DNA of 35,209 nucleotides from a virus. Lineage: Duplodnaviria; Caudoviricetes. Positions 1-8,490 of this stretch are shown piece after piece; positions within the stretch are counted from its first letter, which is position 1, and each line of letters opens with the position of its first letter. Location: positions 1 through 35,209 of the IMG/VR virus record IMGVR_UViG_3300029825_000751; one strand, given 5' to 3'. The position numbers were made by a program, and so were the translations under genes. The notes under the pieces are model-generated. The model was not told the DNA's origin, did no database searches, and saw only the letters and a list, made by a program, of their open reading frames with translations.

Positions 1-402
1 TTAATAACGGTGTCTATTGGTAGGAGTGCCAAATGATATATTTGGTGATGATGCTTTGTTTTTATTATCTATTGCAGGAAGTGCTATAGGTATTGTAAAT
101 TTTATCCCTGTCGTTATAGAATTTTGGCCATCTGTATTTTTATTTATTCCTCCGCCGATATATGCAAGCATTACACCAATCCCTGCTTTTGTTGCTTCGC
201 TTGAAGATGAGGCTAAAGCGACCTCAAAACAAATATTTTGTACAGTCCTTACATTATTATCAATATGAGTAACCATTACATCACCCTTTTCAATATTGGC
301 GGGATTTACAATTGCGTCATATTCGGCTGATTCGGTCTGGGCATCTCTAACTCCGGTAATAATCTGAAGTAATGTTTCTTTAATAAATTCTTTGAGTTCC
401 AT
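1..402 (-). CDS. Hypothetical protein, Trypco2-like, downstream of and co-oriented with the repressor
   Basis: ATG at 402 (MELKEFIKETLLQIITGVRDAQ...FEVAL...GIGV...IKFTIPI) is preferred to the TTG at 426. The family resemblance is from recall only. Confidence 0.6.
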   Translation of the reverse strand: MELKEFIKETLLQIITGVRDAQTESAEYDAIVNPANIEKGDVMVTHIDNNVRTVQNICFEVALASSSSEATKAGIGVMLAYIGGGINKNTDGQNSITTGIKFTIPIALPAIDNKNKASSPNISFGTPTNRHRY

Positions 403-430
403 TTTATATCTTATATCTTTTTCCAAATTG

Positions 431-1123
431 TTATTCTAAACGTATCACGCCGGCAACGATGGCGATGCCGGTTATTTCTTCTTTGGGTATCTCGAATGGT
501 GGATACTCTTTATTGTCAGATATGGCAAGGATATGATCATTGTCGTTACCCTCTTTTATCCTTTTTACTAAAATACCTTGTTCACGGGTGGCAATAACAT
601 GGCATTTATTCCACTGGATAAACCGGCTTTCCTTAATGATCGTGCAGGCGACCACATCGCCGGAATTATATTTCGGATACATGGATGATCCGGATATCTC
701 AATCATGAAGTCTATTGTGCGAAACCTGAATTTAGGCACTACATAATATTCTTTTACGTCTTGCTCTTGAATACTGAATTCTGAATTACCGAAGCCGGCA
801 ACGCTTAACTGATTGACTAATGGGATGGGTTTAATGTCACAGTTTAGTCCTAATTCTTTTAATGCAGATTCCTCATTACTTACTTTTTGTGCTAAATTTC
901 TTTCTTTAAGCATTTCTCCCTTACCCGTAAGAAGCCATTCGGAATTCAAATCGCTATACGTATGTAGTATTTTCGCAATACTCTGAACAGACAGGCCGCG
1001 CCCTCCTTTTCGCTGTTTCCCCAGTGAGCCAACAGGCAATCCACATTGTACGGTAACTTTATTATCGTTTAACCCTTTGTGATCAATATATTTATCAAGC
1101 CTATCGAAAAAATCTCCGCTCAT
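431..1123 (-). CDS. CI-like phage repressor with N-terminal HTH and C-terminal S24 (LexA/UmuD) autopeptidase domain
   Basis: HTH ending LNSEWLLTGKGEM, an AG cleavage-site-like VAGFG, catalytic Ser in GSSMYP and Lys in LVKRI; divergent from the early operon. Confidence 0.9.
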   Translation of the reverse strand: MSGDFFDRLDKYIDHKGLNDNKVTVQCGLPVGSLGKQRKGGRGLSVQSIAKILHTYSDLNSEWLLTGKGEMLKERNLAQKVSNEESALKELGLNCDIKPIPLVNQLSVAGFGNSEFSIQEQDVKEYYVVPKFRFRTIDFMIEISGSSMYPKYNSGDVVACTIIKESRFIQWNKCHVIATREQGILVKRIKEGNDNDHILAISDNKEYPPFEIPKEEITGIAIVAGVIRLE

Positions 1124-1147
1124 ATTGGAAAATATCTATAAAAATAT

Positions 1148-1178
1148 TTTGTAATGTTGCGATATGTCTATATATTTG
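1148..1178 (+). promoter_or_regulatory. Bacteroidetes-type early rightward promoter (-33 TTTG, -7 TAnnTTTG)
   Basis: TTTG at 1148-1151, 19-nt spacer, TATATTTG at 1171-1178, in the repressor/cro intergenic region. It overlaps the palindrome AAAATATTTT (1141-1150), a possible operator. Confidence 0.7.
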
Positions 1179-1237
1179 CATATCCTTTCTGTTTAGAAAG
1201 TGGCGATAAAGGTACAAAAAATTTAATAAATACAGAT

Positions 1238-1423
1238 ATGGGTGAGATTTTAACAAAACATGGCGACCGACAAGAACTGGCAAAGATATTTAATGTCAGT
1301 ATTGTAACGATTCGTAGTGCCTTAAAAGGTAGAACGAAAAGTCCGCTTGCGCAGCGGATCAGAAAAGCCGCTATCGAACGTGGCGGCGTGGAAGTTGAAC
1401 TTAATAAAATCAAGCGACTATGA
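1238..1423 (+). CDS. Cro/Ner-like small HTH regulator
   Basis: ATG at 1238; RQELAKIFNVSIVTIRSAL is HTH-like; first gene of the operon divergent from the repressor. Confidence 0.75.
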   Translation: MGEILTKHGDRQELAKIFNVSIVTIRSALKGRTKSPLAQRIRKAAIERGGVEVELNKIKRL

Positions 1424-1614
1424 AAGCGAAAATCATTCTTGTAAATTTTATGCTCAGTTTTATTGGGCTGAGTATCGACACGGAAAACTCGCCGTTCTGG
1501 GCAGGACTGGTAGCCATCGCTTGGTTCCTTATCTCGGGGGCGATCTTAATCCGGGCAGATCGTCGTGGCGCTATGGATAATTTGAAACGTAAATTTAAAA
1601 TAAATGACTTATGA
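1420..1614 (+). CDS. Small two-TM membrane protein, hypothetical
   Basis: Two hydrophobic segments; ATGA overlaps with both neighbours. Confidence 0.65.
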   Translation: MKAKIILVNFMLSFIGLSIDTENSPFWAGLVAIAWFLISGAILIRADRRGAMDNLKRKFKINDL

Positions 1615-1994
1615 AAACAGAAACAGAAAGCGTATTCATGCAAATGCACAATGGAACACGTACTGGCGAGGGTTCGTTTTATGTCGGACTACAAAAGCTA
1701 TTCTATCTTGCCGATCAATCAAATAGACGAAAGCTGGTGGAGGCGTTCCCTGATTTTTTCGGAGATGAAGTTCCTGAATTTGGCATAGCCAATACGGAAG
1801 ATGGAATTGACAATTTGAAATCATTAATGATGAAAAAATATCGCCAACTTGGCCGTGAATGGGCGCAGGTTGATTGGCAGATTGAAGTTGAAAGAATAAC
1901 GAATCCCGGGCATGATTTACAAAAAAGACGGAATAATCTCGAAGCTATTTTCCGATTCGTGGAAGAGTTACTTCCTGGAGTTGCGGATTCCTAA
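1611..1994 (+). CDS. Hypothetical early protein
   Basis: 127-aa ORF coupled to the upstream gene by an ATGA overlap. Confidence 0.65.
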   Translation: MKTETESVFMQMHNGTRTGEGSFYVGLQKLFYLADQSNRRKLVEAFPDFFGDEVPEFGIANTEDGIDNLKSLMMKKYRQLGREWAQVDWQIEVERITNPGHDLQKRRNNLEAIFRFVEELLPGVADS

Positions 1995-2030
1995 ACGGTT
2001 CTCGGCGGGGTTCGATTCCCCGCATAGGAA
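1988..2030 (+). other. tRNA-like minihelix (acceptor-like stem plus T-arm) just upstream of the transposase
   Basis: GCGGGG-TTCGATT-CCCCGC (2005-2023) has a T-loop-like 7-nt loop and is enclosed by TTCCTA (1988-1993) / TAGGAA (2025-2030). No D or anticodon arm. Confidence 0.5.
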
Positions 2031-2045
2031 CAATTTATAACACAC

Positions 2046-4061
2046 ATGTACTATTATAACAACATATTAGTTTTTGAGGCCGAATGGCTGATTGATAATG
2101 GCATTATGTCAGATGATCAATACAGAAATATGGCGAAAAGACATCAAATAAACGTTGTTCGCCGGGGTTGTAGAAATACTCCCGCCCTGGTGGCTTATGA
2201 TAGTATTCCGGAGCGGTTTAAAGATGCGATAAAAAATTTGATGAAGTGTGATCCTTATGAAGCGGCTCGCGTAAATGAAATAGAAATAAGGATAAAAGAC
2301 AATGCCGAGGCTTCGAAATTCTTTGAGGATTATTTATTGGCTGATGGACGTAATTTACCTAAAGAAACACGCATCGAATATTACACTAATGCGATCGTGC
2401 TGGATGCTATCAGTACACTTTTAGCTGACAGAAAATCCTTCCGGGCCGCTCGCGGTACTCGTCTACCCCGCAAATGGGACGACATTGCTGTAGGTGTACA
2501 AAACCTTGACCGGACGAAATACCCGCACACCCTTCCTGCCAACGCGCGTCGTTTGGAGGACCGATACAAACGTTACAAAAAAGAAGGATTGGTTAGCCTT
2601 ATACATAAAAACTTTATGAATATCAACGCCGCAAGTGTGGATGACGAAGTTAAGGAAAGTTATTTAGCTGAATTACTTGCGGCACCTAATAATCTCGACA
2701 ATTCGCAAGTAGCGCGACTCTATAATATGATAGCGGGCCAGATGGGATGGAAACAAATTACCCGTGCTGCGGTAGGGGTATGGCGTAAAAAACTCGAAAC
2801 AACTATATACGCACGGCGTCGCGGATCGGTGGCTTTCTCGAACACAAAAGCGATGCAGGTAAAACGCTCCGCTCCGAATGATCCGATGATATATTGGACG
2901 CTTGACGGTTGGGATGTAGAATTACTTTATCAGAAGGTAACCATATCGAAATATAAGGATAAAGCAACTGGCGAAACGAAAGAACGGCAAACGATAACCT
3001 ATCACCATCGACCGACCGTTGTCGTAGTTTTGGATGCTTGCTGTAAATATCCGATTGGATACGCTGTCGGAACGCACGAAACCCCGGAACTCACGAAAGC
3101 GGCCCTTCGGAATGCGGCCCAACATACTGCCCAGTTGTTTGGAAAAATGTATCGGGCAAATCAGCTACAAAGTGACCGCTATTCCATTAAAACCCTTACG
3201 CCTATTTATGAGGTGATGGCGAAAAAGGTTACACCGGCGCGTGCTAAGAACGCAAAGGCAAAGATTATTGAGCCTTATTTCAATTCAATCAATAAAAAAT
3301 GGTGCCAAATGCTTCCTAACTGGTCGGGATTCGGCATCACTTCGGATCGTGATAAACAACCGAACACGGAATATCTGAATAAGTATAAATCATCGTTTCC
3401 GGATTTTGAGGGTGTATGCACGCAGGTTGAGATGATTATACAACGTGAGCGGGACGAAAAGATCGAAAAATACATGGAATTATGGAATTCTATGGATGAA
3501 AGTAAGAAGATCGAATTGTCGCAAGAAAGTTACCTGCTGAACTTCGGAGAAACGACCGGACGCACGATCTTGCTTCGGGGATCGGGGCTCCATCCGACTA
3601 TTTTGGGCCAACGGCGCGATTACGATTGCTTCGATGTTCGATTCCGTGATTTCGCTTCTGAAAAATGGAAGGTGATGTATGATCCGGACGACCTGTCGCA
3701 CGTGCTCGCCGTAAATGATGACGAAACGCGGCGCTTTGTTCTCGAAGAAAAGTATGTGCAACCAATGGCACTGACTGATCAAAAAGAAGGCGACAGTGAA
3801 CAGTTGAAACGTGTACGCGACTTTAACAAAGGATTGACCGATACTATGATCGAACGCGGAACGAAGTCGATCAACATCGTCAGGCAACATATTCAGGAAA
3901 CCCGCTCTATTGACGACGAAACACTTAAACGCATATTGATAACGGACAGTGCCGGGCAGCATAAAAACGTGAAAAGCCAAGCGCGCCGGCTTAAAGAATC
4001 GGCTATTGATGCAGTAGAGATAGACGATATTCACACCGAAAATGTAAGCGATAGGTATTAA
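2046..4061 (+). CDS. Mu-type DDE transposase (MuA-like)
   Basis: 671 aa; candidate DDE residues in WTLDGWD, LQSDRY and AKIIEPYF; VLDACCKYPIGY strand; followed by a MuB-like ATPase. Confidence 0.9.
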   Translation: MYYYNNILVFEAEWLIDNGIMSDDQYRNMAKRHQINVVRRGCRNTPALVAYDSIPERFKDAIKNLMKCDPYEAARVNEIEIRIKDNAEASKFFEDYLLADGRNLPKETRIEYYTNAIVLDAISTLLADRKSFRAARGTRLPRKWDDIAVGVQNLDRTKYPHTLPANARRLEDRYKRYKKEGLVSLIHKNFMNINAASVDDEVKESYLAELLAAPNNLDNSQVARLYNMIAGQMGWKQITRAAVGVWRKKLETTIYARRRGSVAFSNTKAMQVKRSAPNDPMIYWTLDGWDVELLYQKVTISKYKDKATGETKERQTITYHHRPTVVVVLDACCKYPIGYAVGTHETPELTKAALRNAAQHTAQLFGKMYRANQLQSDRYSIKTLTPIYEVMAKKVTPARAKNAKAKIIEPYFNSINKKWCQMLPNWSGFGITSDRDKQPNTEYLNKYKSSFPDFEGVCTQVEMIIQRERDEKIEKYMELWNSMDESKKIELSQESYLLNFGETTGRTILLRGSGLHPTILGQRRDYDCFDVRFRDFASEKWKVMYDPDDLSHVLAVNDDETRRFVLEEKYVQPMALTDQKEGDSEQLKRVRDFNKGLTDTMIERGTKSINIVRQHIQETRSIDDETLKRILITDSAGQHKNVKSQARRLKESAIDAVEIDDIHTENVSDRY

Positions 4062-4080
4062 AATTTTAAATAACAATTGT

Positions 4081-4932
4081 ATGAAAAAAAGGACTTTAGA
4101 CAAACAAGGAATTGTAAGCCGGCTGCGCGAATATTGCGCGAAATATGACAGTCAGAACAAAGCCGCCGCATCACTTAAAGGCGTTAGTTCGGCGACTGTG
4201 TCGCAAATGGTGAATGGAAACTGGGAACTGATTAAGGATGAAATGTGGCGTAATGTAGCGGCACAAATCGGCTACACTGCCGAGCAATGGTCGGTGGTAA
4301 AAACAAGGAATTTTAGCGAGTTGATGTTTATCTACGGTGACGCACAGGAAAACAGCCTTGTCTTGGCGGTTATCGGGGATGCCGGCAGTGGAAAAACGTT
4401 TGCTGCGCGCTACTTTCAGGAGACAAATCGGCGGGCATATCTTCTTTGCTGCAATGAGTATTGGAATAGGAAACTTTTCCTTGCCGAGTTGCTTACCGTG
4501 ATGGGTAAGGATTACAGCGGTTATACGGTCGGCGAAATGATGCACGAGGTGGTTTCGGGACTGAAAAAGCAGGAAACCCCGCTTTTAATTTTGGATGAAG
4601 CAGACAAATTGAGCGATCAGGTACTGTTCTTTTTTATCACCTTGTATAATCAGTTGGAGGATGAGTGCGGAATCGTCCTGCAAGCGACAAATCATCTTGA
4701 AAAACGCCTGAAACGCGGTATTAAGCTGAACAAAAAAGGGTATAACGAAATTTGGAGCCGTGTCGGGCGCAAGTGCGTGAAGTTGTCGGGAGTGTCTGCG
4801 GAAGATATCGCTTCCGTGTGTGCTGCAAACGGCGTAAACGACACTAAAACGGTCGATCGTATAATTGATGATTCTGAAAGTGATTTACGGCGGGTGAAAA
4901 GGCGTATCCACGCGAGTAAAAAGTCTGCTTAA
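4081..4932 (+). CDS. MuB-like AAA+ transposition ATPase
   Basis: N-terminal HTH, Walker A GDAGSGKT, Walker B LLILDEAD; directly after the transposase. Confidence 0.88.
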   Translation: MKKRTLDKQGIVSRLREYCAKYDSQNKAAASLKGVSSATVSQMVNGNWELIKDEMWRNVAAQIGYTAEQWSVVKTRNFSELMFIYGDAQENSLVLAVIGDAGSGKTFAARYFQETNRRAYLLCCNEYWNRKLFLAELLTVMGKDYSGYTVGEMMHEVVSGLKKQETPLLILDEADKLSDQVLFFFITLYNQLEDECGIVLQATNHLEKRLKRGIKLNKKGYNEIWSRVGRKCVKLSGVSAEDIASVCAANGVNDTKTVDRIIDDSESDLRRVKRRIHASKKSA

Positions 4933-4954
4933 ACGATATTTGAAAGGTATTTAA

Positions 4955-5578
4955 ATGGCACGATTGAAACGGGCATTAAGCGTTAGCGACATTCAGTCAT
5001 ACAAACCCACCGTATTGGATTTTGAGGGCGAATGGTTGGCGAGTTTCGGTCGTCCAGAGTTGACCGGTGCCTGGCTCATGTGGGGACCGTCCTTTTCAGG
5101 CAAGACGCGAATGGCTTTACAGTTGGCAAAATACCTCGCTCGCTTCGAGCGTGTCGCTTACAATTCTTTGGAAGAGGGCCTTTCGATGTCGATGCAGGAA
5201 GCAATTATATCGGTTGGGATGGCAGAAGTTTCGCGCAACTTCATCCTGCTGGACAAAGAGCCCATCTCGGAGTTGAAAGAGCGGTTGCGACGCCGGAAAA
5301 GCCCTCGCGTGGTGATTATAGATAGCGTGCAGTACACCGGATTGACGTATTCCGATTATGTATCGCTAAAAGAAGAGTTTCGAAACAAGCTGTTTGTGTT
5401 TATTTCCCATGCGGACGGCCGGGAACCAAAGGGCAATGTCGCGAAGAGTATCAGGTATGATGCATTTGTGAAAATATCGGTGAGGGGCTACGCGGCGGAG
5501 ATCATGTCCAGATTTGGCGGTGGAGAGAAATTTATAATATGGCAAAAGGGATACGATAACTTTGATAAATTTAATTAG
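4955..5578 (+). CDS. Second P-loop ATPase (RecA/KaiC-like fold)
   Basis: Walker A GPSFSGKT, YNSLEEG, Walker B VVIIDS. Confidence 0.8.
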   Translation: MARLKRALSVSDIQSYKPTVLDFEGEWLASFGRPELTGAWLMWGPSFSGKTRMALQLAKYLARFERVAYNSLEEGLSMSMQEAIISVGMAEVSRNFILLDKEPISELKERLRRRKSPRVVIIDSVQYTGLTYSDYVSLKEEFRNKLFVFISHADGREPKGNVAKSIRYDAFVKISVRGYAAEIMSRFGGGEKFIIWQKGYDNFDKFN

Positions 5579-6025
5579 ATGAACGGATTAATGGAAAAAC
5601 AACAAAAAGTATTGCTCAAGAAATTTCACACGCTTCTTGGCAAAGCGGGCATCGGCGAAGAGGGCAAACGCGAGCTGCTTGCCACGTATGGTGTGTTCAG
5701 TTCCCGCGACCTATCCGCGCGCGACCTATTGGACTTGTGTGACAGAATTGACAGGATGATGCGCCCCGATGCTGCGGAATTGGATAAATGGCGCAAACGG
5801 GTGATTGCGGCGATTTTCGGATGGCGCAAAGCAATGGGCGATACAAGCAGTATGGCAGAAGTAAAGGCGATTGCCTGCCGGGCAGCGGAGGCTAAATACT
5901 ATAATGCGATACCCCTCGATCGATTGCGTTCGCTTTACTATGCTTTCAGCAAAAAAACAAAGGACTTGGAGTTTGTCGAAAAGCTGACGATCGACGAGTT
6001 AGATATTAAGACTTGGGTAAACTGA
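5579..6025 (+). CDS. GemA/Mu gp16-like protein
   Basis: KKFHTLLGKAGI...YGVFSSRDLS...LLDL resembles the GemA N-terminal pattern; position in the Mu early region fits. Confidence 0.6.
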   Translation: MNGLMEKQQKVLLKKFHTLLGKAGIGEEGKRELLATYGVFSSRDLSARDLLDLCDRIDRMMRPDAAELDKWRKRVIAAIFGWRKAMGDTSSMAEVKAIACRAAEAKYYNAIPLDRLRSLYYAFSKKTKDLEFVEKLTIDELDIKTWVN

Positions 6026-6032
6026 TTTTAAG

Positions 6033-6278
6033 ATGGCGTACAATAGAAGAAACTTTTTAACACGTGTATTGGAAATGCAGATACTTGTTTTGCGGGTGCA
6101 AAAGGAGCATAAGGGCATTCCCTATACGGTTATTTATCGGGATTATGTAGAGGCGCGTTTTCGGATATCGTACGCGACATTCAATAATTGGTTAGGCATA
6201 CCGGCAAAACGGGAGTTGGAAAAATTGGATAAACAGGACGATTATGAATGCAAAACAGAAACAACGGCGGAAGTATAA
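6033..6278 (+). CDS. Small HTH-like protein, candidate Mor/C-type late activator
   Basis: C-terminal IYRDYVEARFRISYATFNNWL looks HTH-like, and the gene follows the GemA-like gene as mor does in Mu-like phages. The function is inferred. Confidence 0.45.
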   Translation: MAYNRRNFLTRVLEMQILVLRVQKEHKGIPYTVIYRDYVEARFRISYATFNNWLGIPAKRELEKLDKQDDYECKTETTAEV

Positions 6279-6444
6279 GCTTCATTACAACCTGCGCCGG
6301 AAAGGAAATACGGTTGTAGCGCGTGAAAAGTTTGTCACGAAACGGGCAAAGGAGGTTTCTCCGACTGAAAAGAAGTGGTTAAGCGAACTGATCGCTTTCG
6401 GTTATTGTGTCGGGGACGGGTTATTTACCCCCCCCTACTATTAA
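6244..6444 (+). CDS. Small basic hypothetical protein
   Basis: 66-aa ORF in the tightly packed early operon. Confidence 0.55.
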   Translation: MNAKQKQRRKYKLHYNLRRKGNTVVAREKFVTKRAKEVSPTEKKWLSELIAFGYCVGDGLFTPPYY

Positions 6445-6474
6445 TAAATTACTAATTGATTAAATATATTTTAT

Positions 6475-6732
6475 ATGACAACGGAAGAAAGACTTTTAGA
6501 ACTTAAAAAAATGGGTGATGGGATTGATACACTTGATGAAAATGAAGCAATCGTACAGATTATAACGGTTAAAGGGCGATTTTATCCCCTTATAAATGGA
6601 GACTATACCGCTATACAGGCTTTAATGGAGGCTGCGTACAGATTATTCCCGGACTTTAAAGACATTATCGATGATATTGTAAATGGAGAGTCTGTAATTA
6701 AAGAACTTAAAACAGACCATTTGAACAAATAA
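6475..6732 (+). CDS. Hypothetical protein
   Basis: 85-aa ORF with an AT-rich leader, co-oriented with the operon. Confidence 0.6.
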   Translation: MTTEERLLELKKMGDGIDTLDENEAIVQIITVKGRFYPLINGDYTAIQALMEAAYRLFPDFKDIIDDIVNGESVIKELKTDHLNK

Positions 6733-6735
6733 ATT

Positions 6736-7389
6736 ATGGAAAAGACAATTGATTTAAGTAATGTTTCGGCTGCCGAATTAGAAGCGTTGCTGAAACGAAA
6801 AAAGGAAGAGGAGCATAAGGCCGAACTGGCGAAGCGCGATGCCTATGAGGGCATCCGGGCGCAACTCATACACGCGGTTATGCAAAAAGTGGAAGGAGTG
6901 ACGAGTGACGTGGAAAACCTGCATGATTTTGTGGTTAACGAAACAGACAGTTTTAAAGCCGTGATGGCCGAGTATGGACAGTTAAAATATTCGGGACAGA
7001 TGAGTTTCAGGATACAAAACGAAAATTACCGCATTGAGGTAAAAAGTAACAAGGTGAAGAAATTCGACGAACGTGCCGATATCGCCGCGACTCGGTTGAT
7101 TGACTTCTTGCAAAAATGGATTAAACAATCCCAAAAAGGGACAGACGATCCGATGTACCAACTCGCGATGGTTTTACTCGAACGGAACAAACAGGGTGAT
7201 TTGGATTACAAGAACATAAGCAAATTGTACGACCTCGAAAACCGCTTTAACGATGCTGAGTATTCAGACATTATGAAGCTATTTAAAGAAAGTCATTTGG
7301 TCGATGGCACCGCTACGAATTACTATTTTTTCAAACGCGACAAACAGGGCGTTTGGCGTAAATTGGAACCGAGTTTTAACAGATTATAA
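6736..7389 (+). CDS. DUF3164-like protein of Mu-like phages
   Basis: 217 aa, coiled-coil N-terminus, FDERADIA motif and C-terminal YYFFKRDKQGVW. Family name from recall. Confidence 0.65.
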   Translation: MEKTIDLSNVSAAELEALLKRKKEEEHKAELAKRDAYEGIRAQLIHAVMQKVEGVTSDVENLHDFVVNETDSFKAVMAEYGQLKYSGQMSFRIQNENYRIEVKSNKVKKFDERADIAATRLIDFLQKWIKQSQKGTDDPMYQLAMVLLERNKQGDLDYKNISKLYDLENRFNDAEYSDIMKLFKESHLVDGTATNYYFFKRDKQGVWRKLEPSFNRL

Positions 7390-7396
7390 ATAACAA

Positions 7397-7870
7397 ATGA
7401 TGAAAACATTACAGATTACTGAGTCAAATGCGCGTAAGTTGTACAATGATGCAACACCGGAGTTTAAAACAACATTGGAAGATACTTTCGGCAAGGAATT
7501 TTTCTCACAGAAGATTACCGATCGCGTGAAAACGTACAGGGACGCCTGCCATGAAACGGGCGAAACGCCGATTATCGAGGAAAACATGAGGGTAGCCGGT
7601 TTTACAGAGGACGAAATAAATTACCGGAAGCTTAAAACAATCACGAAAGCCTTAAACGAGGGCTGGGTTCCCGATTGGACTGACGATGACGAATCAAAAT
7701 GGATCCCGTGGTTTGGGTGGTCCTCTTCGGGCTTCGCGTTCTGCGATACGGATTGCAGCTACTCGCATACGGATGCGGGTAACGGCTCGCGCCTTTGCTT
7801 TAAAAGCGACGAATTAGCCACCTACGCCGGCAAGCAGTTTGCCGACATCTATAAAGGGTTTATGTTTTAA
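7397..7870 (+). CDS. DGR target protein 1 (small early-region protein, paralog of target 2)
   Basis: Contains VR1; shares DRVKT, ALNEGW.PDW, W.PWFG, SRLCFK and YAG.QF motifs with 7890-8276. Confidence 0.9.
   Translation: MMKTLQITESNARKLYNDATPEFKTTLEDTFGKEFFSQKITDRVKTYRDACHETGETPIIEENMRVAGFTEDEINYRKLKTITKALNEGWVPDWTDDDESKWIPWFGWSSSGFAFCDTDCSYSHTDAGNGSRLCFKSDELATYAGKQFADIYKGFMF
7715..7799 (+). repeat. Variable repeat VR1
   Basis: 85-nt ungapped match to TR1 with 11 mismatches at TR adenines (e.g. AAC>TGC, AAT>GAT, AAT>CAT) and one T>G at the 5' edge. Confidence 0.95.
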
Positions 7871-7889
7871 CAATTAATATTTACACACA

Positions 7890-8276
7890 ATGAAAGAAAA
7901 AGAAGTAAAAAGAGATGTAACCGAAAGGGTGAAAACTTTCGAAGATGCCCAAGCTGAGACGGGGCGCCCTGGCGTACCGGAATTTTCCGATGTTCCGGAG
8001 GACATGCGGCCCTATTTCAAAGCACAGTATAAGATTGTGGTGATTGCCCAGGCCCTTAATGAGGGATGGAAACCGGATTGGACGAACGGCAATCAGAAGA
8101 AATGGGTTCCCTGGTTTGGGTTGTCCTCTTCGGGCTTCGCGTTCGGCGTTACGGTTTTCAACTGCTCGAATGCGGCTGCGGGTAACAGCTCGCGCCTTTG
8201 CTTCAAAACGGAAGCGCTGGCAAATTATGCGGGACGTCAGTTTGTTGAAATTTGGGATGAATTATTGCAAAAATGA
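7890..8276 (+). CDS. DGR target protein 2 (small early-region protein)
   Basis: Contains VR2; paralog of target 1. Confidence 0.9.
   Translation: MKEKEVKRDVTERVKTFEDAQAETGRPGVPEFSDVPEDMRPYFKAQYKIVVIAQALNEGWKPDWTNGNQKKWVPWFGLSSSGFAFGVTVFNCSNAAAGNSSRLCFKTEALANYAGRQFVEIWDELLQK
8118..8202 (+). repeat. Variable repeat VR2
   Basis: 85-nt ungapped match to TR1 with 13 mismatches, all at TR adenines (AAC>GGC, GAT>GTT, AAT>GTT, TAC>TTC, AAT>GCT and others). Confidence 0.96.
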
Positions 8277-8283
8277 TTGAAAC

Positions 8284-8483
8284 AGGCGGCCGGACTTTGT
8301 GGGTTGTCCTCTTCGGGCTTCGCGTTCAACGATACGAATTACAACTACTCGAATACGAATGCAGGTAACAGCTCGCACCTATGCTGAAAGATATTCAAAG
8401 TCCGGAACCTTGCCTCTCGGCAAAAGATAACTTATTTGAAAGGTGCCGGTAGGGAAACCGAACGCTCCGAATAGAAAGCAAAG
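8284..8483 (+). ncRNA. DGR template RNA 1 (TR1 plus structured flanks)
   Basis: CCGGACTTTG (8290-8299) pairs with CAAAGTCCGG (8396-8405) around TR1; hairpin TTGCC-TCTC-GGCAA (8410-8423); ends in AAGCAAAG (8476-8483). Same layout as the TR2 flanks. Confidence 0.75.
8301..8385 (+). repeat. Template repeat TR1
   Basis: Intergenic, rich in AAC/AAT codons (21 adenines), matches VR1 and VR2, directly upstream of the RT. Confidence 0.96.
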
Positions 8484-8490
8484 GAAAAAG

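Noticed and set aside
1988-2030. A real tRNA gene or tRNA-derived attP
   Set aside because: No D arm, anticodon arm or CCA end, and there is no tyrosine or serine integrase in the window.
3480-4103. Long antisense ORFs (e.g. 3480-4103, 18133-18603, 18970-19659)
   Set aside because: Shadow frames of well-supported genes with no recognisable motifs.
6428-6435. C8 tract as a phase-variation switch
   Set aside because: It falls in the last codons of a small ORF, so slippage would change little.
7715-8385. Three similar repeats as a CRISPR array
   Set aside because: The repeats are 85 nt, two are coding, spacing is irregular, and the differences are A-specific.
8443-8490. GTG-initiated N-terminal extension of the RT in the ORF track
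   Set aside because: It overlaps the structured spacer RNA; ATG 8491 (MKRIGNLY) is the typical start for this kind of RT.
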